A stretch of DNA of 40,865 nt, taken from the sequence record PQ785851.1. One strand, given 5' to 3'. Of this stretch, positions 35,932-40,865 are shown one piece after another. The DNA comes from a phage. The notes beneath the pieces are model-generated. The model was not told the origin of the DNA. It did no database searches and saw only the letters and a list, made by a program, of their open reading frames with translations. Every line of letters starts with the position of its first letter. Positions within the stretch are counted from its first letter, which is position 1. Both the position numbers and the translations under genes were made by a program.

Positions 35932-36153
35932 TTATTTAAAATCCTCTGGGCAATCTTTCTTCATCTCTGCAATGTCTGCAACCATTCGGTCGCGCCACGT
36001 TTCGATATCAGTTCGCAAGTAATCTTCCTCAAAACTATAATCCAGGCAACGAGCCAAATCCCAAACATCACCTTTATATCCAGCCTTGTGCAACTCCTGC
36101 GATGCCATTGCCTGAAATAACTCCCACTGCTTGTCAAAGGTTAAAATCGCCAT
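35932..36153 (-). CDS. hypothetical protein
   Basis: 73-aa ORF; start overlaps the stop of the upstream gene. Confidence 0.3.
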   Translation of the reverse strand: MAILTFDKQWELFQAMASQELHKAGYKGDVWDLARCLDYSFEEDYLRTDIETWRDRMVADIAEMKKDCPEDFK

Positions 36154-36353
36154 TACTCAGATACCTCATCAAATTTCTCGCCAAACGCGTTTTTAACAGT
36201 TTCTAAATCGTCTTTGTAAGTTGGGCTGACTTCAAATGCGTAGTTGACATCTTCAACATCAATAAGAATATAACCATCATCTGTGATAGCAAGTGAGTAT
36301 TGGTAACCGGTCTTGCGTGATTCGTAGAATTTTCCAGTATAGATAGTAGCCAT
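36153..36353 (-). CDS. hypothetical protein
   Basis: 66-aa ORF directly downstream of promoter-like module h. Confidence 0.3.
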   Translation of the reverse strand: MATIYTGKFYESRKTGYQYSLAITDDGYILIDVEDVNYAFEVSPTYKDDLETVKNAFGEKFDEVSE

Positions 36354-36384
36354 TTTCTTTCTCTCTTCGTGTGTTTCGTTTCGA

Positions 36385-36436
36385 TGAAGTGATAATACAC
36401 CACTTCATCAATTCGTCTTTAGCAATTCGTGCTATT
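36385..36436 (-). promoter_or_regulatory. promoter-like module, conserved 22-bp element family (copy h)
   Basis: Minus strand reads AATAGCAC-GAAT-TGCTAAAGAC, 17 bp, TATTAT, 6 nt (cacttc), ATCGAAACGAAACAC. Confidence 0.5.
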
Positions 36437-36851
36437 TTCTAATCATCTCTGCGAATGCAGCAAGAAAACCATCTCTGCCGTAGGCAACTCCTGCGAAACC
36501 GCCTGATTCCCTTACGCTTTTTAGGAATGACTTTTGCTCATCACTTACTGGGCTAGCCTGTGTTTTCCCAGCCCTCTTTAGCTCTATTGCGCCAAATGGA
36601 TAACTTCCTCGTAATGACTCAGGTATTAGAAATAGGCAGTCTGATACGCCTTTAAGAAGTCCTTTAGCCTGGTCTTTCCTTGCCTGACCAATGCTCTTCA
36701 TTGATTCATTAACTGTGTGCCAGTAAACAACCTGCGGATAGTTATACTTAACCCAATCAGAGCAAAAGATTTGTTCGTCGTCTTCCTTCGGGCATGACTT
36801 CACCGGGCCGCCATAGAACTCGAGGTAGTCAGTTTTGTCTGTAACTTTCAT
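36432..36851 (-). CDS. VRR-NUC domain nuclease
   Basis: 139 aa; ...GVSDCLFLIPESLRGSYPFGAIELKRAGKTQASPVSDEQKSFL... resembles the VRR-NUC core. Confidence 0.55.
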   Translation of the reverse strand: MKVTDKTDYLEFYGGPVKSCPKEDDEQIFCSDWVKYNYPQVVYWHTVNESMKSIGQARKDQAKGLLKGVSDCLFLIPESLRGSYPFGAIELKRAGKTQASPVSDEQKSFLKSVRESGGFAGVAYGRDGFLAAFAEMIRK

Positions 36852-38842
36852 AACAATTCTCCAAAATTCTTAAAAGCGATTATATCTTTACCTTTGCCGT
36901 TTTTTCTATGTGTAACCTGCACTGGTGCGCGGAACTTATCTACGTTCGCCATAATCATTCTCGCATTGCGAAGTCTGCCAATTCTTGTGGCTTCAGCGCG
37001 ATTCTCTATATGAGCAAGGCAGAAGTTCTTCCATAGCACGCTGCAAACTCGATGGTCAGACTCGGGGTTGAAGAATTCCCATGCATTAAACCGATCTCCG
37101 TTATGAGCCATGATATTGTACTTAACAACAATTCCGGTTTGATTCTTACTTAAGCCAACTTGAAAATCATAAACACGAAGGTAATCACCACGACGATACA
37201 TCTTACCTGTAAGGTTAGCATTGGGGTCTTTAAGCATCTCTCCGCACTCTCGACAGACCTTCGCTGCTATATCATTGCGAGTCCCGCACCCTTTTTTGAT
37301 AATAGCCTTTGTCTGCAGGTCTGTAATATCTTCACAAACTGTAAAAGTAAAGAAGTGCTCACATCTCTTTCCGTCAATCTTATTTCCGCATCTACGAGCA
37401 AAAGGCGAATTCTCGTATGAGCAAATTGGGCACACTCGAACCTCTGAATCACCATTGCGTGATGACTTAAACTTCTCGGCCTGAATCTCTTCAATTATTG
37501 GATCAAAGTAAAGTTCAGCCATATCATCAAGTGCGCCAGCAAAGTCCAGGACTAAGTGGTCATCCTTTTTCATACCAATTTCAATATGTTTCTTCTTGAG
37601 AATTCGCATTCCACGACCAAGAAGCTGAATCATTAATGTCAGGCTTCCAATCTTGCGGAGTATGACACTTGTGTCCCACGGAGGCACCGAAACGCCTGTG
37701 GTTAAGCATCCAATCTGAAAAATAATCTTGTACTTTCCGGTCTGGCATTCATCTAGAATTTCCCTTCTCTTCTTCTCACCAGTGGAATCAGTGATTATCG
37801 CGTAAGGATAACCATCTGGTAGAGCAGCAGCCGCTTCATCGCAGTGCATTTTACCAGCGCAAGTTACCAGTGCGGCGTTACGTGTTTCAAGTATTTTGAT
37901 AACGAACCCCATTATATTTTGTGTCATCGTCTGGTTTTCGTGAATCTTTGCAGCCATTGCATCCATTTCTTTTTTGCTGAAATCCTTAACGCCATCACTT
38001 CCATCAGGTGCAAACTCGCTAAGGTCATAACCCAAATCACCAACCTCACCGTAAACAGTTGGAACAACGAATCCCAAATCAACCAGGTAACTGGTCGGAA
38101 CTTGCATTACCGTCTTGCGCCAGAAGCCACGAATATTTGGGTTACTAACTACAATGTGGTCGTTGTTACGATACGGGCTACCAGTCAAGCCGAATATACG
38201 GAGCTCGCGACCATACTTCTCTTTGCAGCGGCGCTTCATTTCAGTGATGATTAGTGTGTACTGCGCACGACCAGTTCCAAGCAATCCGGTATTCACTCCA
38301 TCCTTGAAAACCATTTCGCCTTTCTTGGTGCTCATTTGCTCAAATGTCTCTTCGTTCTCTTCAGCTTCTACGATATCCATGTGGTCCACCATGTGTGCCT
38401 CATCTATTGCGATAACTGCCGGAACATAGTCACCAAGCCCCTTGAACAAGCCGTTTGCCGCCGTTCCTTCACTTGCCACTATAGTTGGGTAGTAAACAGA
38501 TTTAACGTTAAGGCCAGCGCAATATACGCTATTACGGATACCGAAGTTACGGAGTTCTTCAGCATTCTGGCTGATGATTTCTGACTGGCGAGAAAGCACC
38601 ATGTAAGGAAGGCCAAGCTGCTCCATGCGTTTACCAATCATGGCAAGAATGATTGTCTTACCTGCCGATACCGACAGGTCTGCGATGAACGGAGCTTCGT
38701 ACTTAGCAATATTCTTGCCGATTTGGTCGAATGTCACGCACTGGAATGGATACGGCGTAATATCTCCAAACTGATAGTCTCTCTGAATCTGCTTAATCTT
38801 TTCTTGGTCAAAGTTTGCCACTAAGCGTTCTACTGGAAGCAT
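36848..38842 (-). CDS. SF2 (DEAD/DEAH-like) helicase with C-terminal Cys-rich region
   Basis: 664 aa; Walker A ...SAGKT..., Walker B VIAIDEAHMV; C-terminal clusters CPICS...C...C and C..C. Confidence 0.75.
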   Translation of the reverse strand: MLPVERLVANFDQEKIKQIQRDYQFGDITPYPFQCVTFDQIGKNIAKYEAPFIADLSVSAGKTIILAMIGKRMEQLGLPYMVLSRQSEIISQNAEELRNFGIRNSVYCAGLNVKSVYYPTIVASEGTAANGLFKGLGDYVPAVIAIDEAHMVDHMDIVEAEENEETFEQMSTKKGEMVFKDGVNTGLLGTGRAQYTLIITEMKRRCKEKYGRELRIFGLTGSPYRNNDHIVVSNPNIRGFWRKTVMQVPTSYLVDLGFVVPTVYGEVGDLGYDLSEFAPDGSDGVKDFSKKEMDAMAAKIHENQTMTQNIMGFVIKILETRNAALVTCAGKMHCDEAAAALPDGYPYAIITDSTGEKKRREILDECQTGKYKIIFQIGCLTTGVSVPPWDTSVILRKIGSLTLMIQLLGRGMRILKKKHIEIGMKKDDHLVLDFAGALDDMAELYFDPIIEEIQAEKFKSSRNGDSEVRVCPICSYENSPFARRCGNKIDGKRCEHFFTFTVCEDITDLQTKAIIKKGCGTRNDIAAKVCRECGEMLKDPNANLTGKMYRRGDYLRVYDFQVGLSKNQTGIVVKYNIMAHNGDRFNAWEFFNPESDHRVCSVLWKNFCLAHIENRAEATRIGRLRNARMIMANVDKFRAPVQVTHRKNGKGKDIIAFKNFGELL

Positions 38843-38869
38843 TTTAAATATCCTGATAGTTCTTTAGTT

Positions 38870-38927
38870 CGTTGCATTGATGTATAATAACAGCCATCGA
38901 ACCTATTGTTTAACAAAAAATGCTATT
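38870..38927 (-). promoter_or_regulatory. promoter-like module, conserved 22-bp element family (copy j), drives the helicase operon
   Basis: Minus strand reads AATAGCAT-TTTT-TGTTAAACAA, 16 bp, TATTAT, 6 nt, ATGCAACGAAC; its -10 overlaps a plus-strand TATAAT (38883-38888). Confidence 0.45.
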
Positions 38928-38938
38928 GAGGTGATTAA

Positions 38939-39421
38939 ATGAATGCAGTTGATAAGCGAACCATTAACGGCAATAACGGAACTGTCCGCACTGAAGACAA
39001 AAAACAACGAAAACGACCATCGGGTTACTACGTTTTAAAAGATGAAGTAAGAGCCGGGCTACGCGCGCGACTGGAGATTGTTCTTGATTTCTACGGTACA
39101 AAGGCGAACATCGCAAAGCAGTTAAATGTGTCCAACCAAGCTGTATCGGAATGGTTTAACCGCGGTATGATTTCGGCTCGAGGGGCTCAGCGAGCACATA
39201 ATGCGTACAAGCGAAATAAGGAGGGATTTCGAGCTACATTCTGCCGACCAGACCTGCAATTCGACGGAAACGGAAAACCGCTAACACTTCGATGCAAGAA
39301 GCGCCATATGCTTCGCGTAGTTACCGATGCAGAACTAGCAACAAAGCCACCCTGTCGACCATGGCGAAAGAATAAGATTGCCAACGAAGCCGCACGAAAA
39401 GCTAAAGAAAGATCTGAATGA
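38939..39421 (+). CDS. Cro/CI-type HTH DNA-binding protein with basic C-terminal extension
   Basis: 160 aa; HTH-like ...GTKANIAKQLNVSNQAVSEWFNRGMIS...; RBS GAGGTGA. Confidence 0.5.
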   Translation: MNAVDKRTINGNNGTVRTEDKKQRKRPSGYYVLKDEVRAGLRARLEIVLDFYGTKANIAKQLNVSNQAVSEWFNRGMISARGAQRAHNAYKRNKEGFRATFCRPDLQFDGNGKPLTLRCKKRHMLRVVTDAELATKPPCRPWRKNKIANEAARKAKERSE

Positions 39422-39432
39422 GTATGTATAAT

Positions 39433-39461
39433 GCCCTCAAGTTAAATGCGAGGGCTTTTTT
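39433..39461 (+). terminator. hairpin plus T-run immediately before the primase start (attenuator-like)
   Basis: GCCCTC-aagttaaatgc-GAGGGC followed by TTTTTT, then ATG at 39462. Confidence 0.35.
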
Positions 39462-40385
39462 ATGCATCACGATAAGAATGAAGTTTTGTCAAAAATGAAG
39501 GGCATGTGGTCAAAGTTTTACGAATCTCACATGGGCTGGACAAAAGAAAACCTTAGCAAGAAACACGGGCCATGCCCATACTGCTTTGGCACTGACAGAT
39601 TCAGATTTACCGACGAAATAGGCAGTGAAAAAGGAAATGGCTCGGCAGTTTGTTCGAAATGCGGAAGTGACTCCGGTATAGGATGGGTCATGAAGTGCAC
39701 TGGATCGTCCTTCGCCGATTCAGTAAATTTGCTTGGTGACTGGCTGAACTTAACACCAATTGAGGTTATAGTTAAAGCAAACAAGCAAGCATCCAGAACT
39801 CATCGTTATAAGATGGGCGCTCAAGTAGACCATGAAAAAGTTTTGGAGGTCATGGGGAGAACTCAGCGAGTTGACTCAAGTCCACTCACGACATATGAGG
39901 GTATATACTCTGAATCTGGTTTTGATGTTGGTATAGCTAAAGATGGTTCAATGATTCATGCCGTGCCTTGCTCCATGGTTTATGAGGATGGGCTTGGTGA
40001 TGAGTTCTGTAACGTAATGTTTATTGATGAGGATTCAAATGTTAAGTTCCTTGCTGGTGATTATACTCGTGATTCTGTTGCTGTCATTGGTTCTAGGCAG
40101 GACAATAGTTATACTTATGTTGTTGACAATTATATTGATGGCGTACGTGTTCACCTTGCTACTGGGGGTCGCGAGGTGTTTGTTGCTTTCTCCTGTTACA
40201 ATATGGAGATGGTTATACACCGCGACAAGTCAAGGAAGTTCAGAATTGCTTGCCATGATTATGATATCGATATCCTTGCTGTTGCTGACGATCGCAATGT
40301 TGATGTGGTGATTCCCAATGACGGTAAGTCATTTAAAACAGGCATACGCAAGAAAGTGTACAAAGCCAACGACTTAATAAACTAA
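39462..40385 (+). CDS. DNA primase (zinc ribbon plus TOPRIM-like)
   Basis: 307 aa; Cys pairs CPYC...CSKC; acidic TOPRIM-like segment ...ACHDYDIDILAVADDRN... Confidence 0.6.
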   Translation: MHHDKNEVLSKMKGMWSKFYESHMGWTKENLSKKHGPCPYCFGTDRFRFTDEIGSEKGNGSAVCSKCGSDSGIGWVMKCTGSSFADSVNLLGDWLNLTPIEVIVKANKQASRTHRYKMGAQVDHEKVLEVMGRTQRVDSSPLTTYEGIYSESGFDVGIAKDGSMIHAVPCSMVYEDGLGDEFCNVMFIDEDSNVKFLAGDYTRDSVAVIGSRQDNSYTYVVDNYIDGVRVHLATGGREVFVAFSCYNMEMVIHRDKSRKFRIACHDYDIDILAVADDRNVDVVIPNDGKSFKTGIRKKVYKANDLIN

Positions 40386-40407
40386 CCTCCTTCGGGAGGT
40401 TTTTTAT
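40384..40407 (+). terminator. rho-independent terminator after the primase gene
   Basis: Hairpin CCTCC-ttcg-GGAGG followed by TTTTTTATT. Confidence 0.6.
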
Positions 40408-40430
40408 TGCATTAAAGATGGTAGAATTAG

Positions 40431-40454
40431 TTTTAGCAAATTGTGCTATTTTAC
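40431..40454. promoter_or_regulatory. inverted copy (i) of the conserved 22-bp element, upstream of the tail-fibre gene
   Basis: Plus strand reads TTTAGCAAATTGTGCTATTTT; a TG-n-TATTTT extended -10 lies 19 nt before the ATG at 40471. Confidence 0.35.
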
Positions 40455-40470
40455 AAATGGAGACCTTACA

Positions 40471-40865
40471 ATGGCAATTTATGACGCTGGAACAGCCAGC
40501 CTGGCAGCTAACGGCACTGTAACTGGTGTTGGGACTACCTGGATGGCTCCGCTTACGCTGATTCGTGTTGGCGCCACTATTGTTTTCAAGACTGAACCAG
40601 TGAAGATTTACACTATCTCTGAAATCATCAGCGACACGCAGATTAATGTTTACAACCCTAATTCTGAAACCGTTGCTGCTGGAACTGGTTACGCCATTCT
40701 TCTTCATGATGGTATTACAGTTCAGGGTTTGGCACAGGACGTAGCCGAGACGCTTAGATTTTATCAGTCAAATAATTATGTGAGCGGTGGTGATGATGGG
40801 AATGTAAAATTAGAGAACGGAGGAACAGGAGCTAGTACAGCACCTGAAGCGCGTAACAACCTCGG
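40471..40865 (+). CDS. tail fibre-like protein, N-terminal part (continues into 1..743 across the circular junction)
   Basis: ATG at 40471 with RBS GGAG; ORF runs off the window end in the same frame as the open frame at the window start. Confidence 0.5.
   Translation, partial: MAIYDAGTASLAANGTVTGVGTTWMAPLTLIRVGATIVFKTEPVKIYTISEIISDTQINVYNPNSETVAAGTGYAILLHDGITVQGLAQDVAETLRFYQSNNYVSGGDDGNVKLENGGTGASTAPEARNNL

Noticed and set aside
1950-38927. Possibility that the dispersed 22-bp repeats are a CRISPR array or a mobile-element signature
   Set aside because: Copies are scattered over the whole genome at gene boundaries with variable spacing and in both orientations, not arrayed with unique spacers; no cas genes or transposase present.
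40024-40707. ORFs 40024-40311 (plus), 40035-40220 (minus) and 40333-40707 (minus)
   Set aside because: Overlap the primase or tail-fibre coding regions in other frames or antisense; the 124-aa minus ORF would run through the primase terminator and the tail-fibre start region.
1-40865. Lysogeny module (integrase, CI repressor, attP)
   Set aside because: No ORF with recognisable tyrosine or serine recombinase motifs or repressor-sized HTH/peptidase protein was seen; the Rha-like and Cro-like proteins alone do not establish a temperate lifestyle.

Overview
The window looks like a complete, circularly closed tailed-phage genome of about 40.8 kb (siphovirus-type, lambda-like tail module, T1-like lysis cassette). 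The first 49 bases (1-49) are identical to the last 49 (40817-40865), and a tail-fibre-like ORF starting at 40471 reads in frame through that junction to 743. All calls are from reading the sequence and ORF track by eye; no database search or folding was run. Main modules: (1) Erf / SSB / RecB-like nuclease recombination genes (774-2938, minus strand); (2) a long minus-strand block (28591 down to 5022) of small early genes, tRNA-Arg(CCU), terminase, portal, capsid and a lambda-like tail set with tape measure, M, L, K, I, an HNH-AP2 endonuclease insertion and J; (3) a plus-strand early block (29289-32616) containing a 527-aa protein whose 182-aa internally deleted paralog sits at 27522-28070; (4) a minus-strand replication/lysis operon (38842 down to 32628) with SF2 helicase, VRR-NUC nuclease, HTH-metallophosphoesterase, pinholin, SAR endolysin and a unimolecular spanin; (5) a Cro-like HTH protein and primase on the plus strand (38939-40385). 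The most striking non-coding signal is a family of at least 11 promoter-like modules with fixed geometry, built on a conserved 22-bp element AATAGCAC-N4-TGCTAAAGAC. Two divergent intergenic hubs (3327-3912, 28592-29288) share AT-rich (TAA)n repeat elements and are candidate origin/regulatory regions. No integrase, CRISPR array or rRNA was seen.
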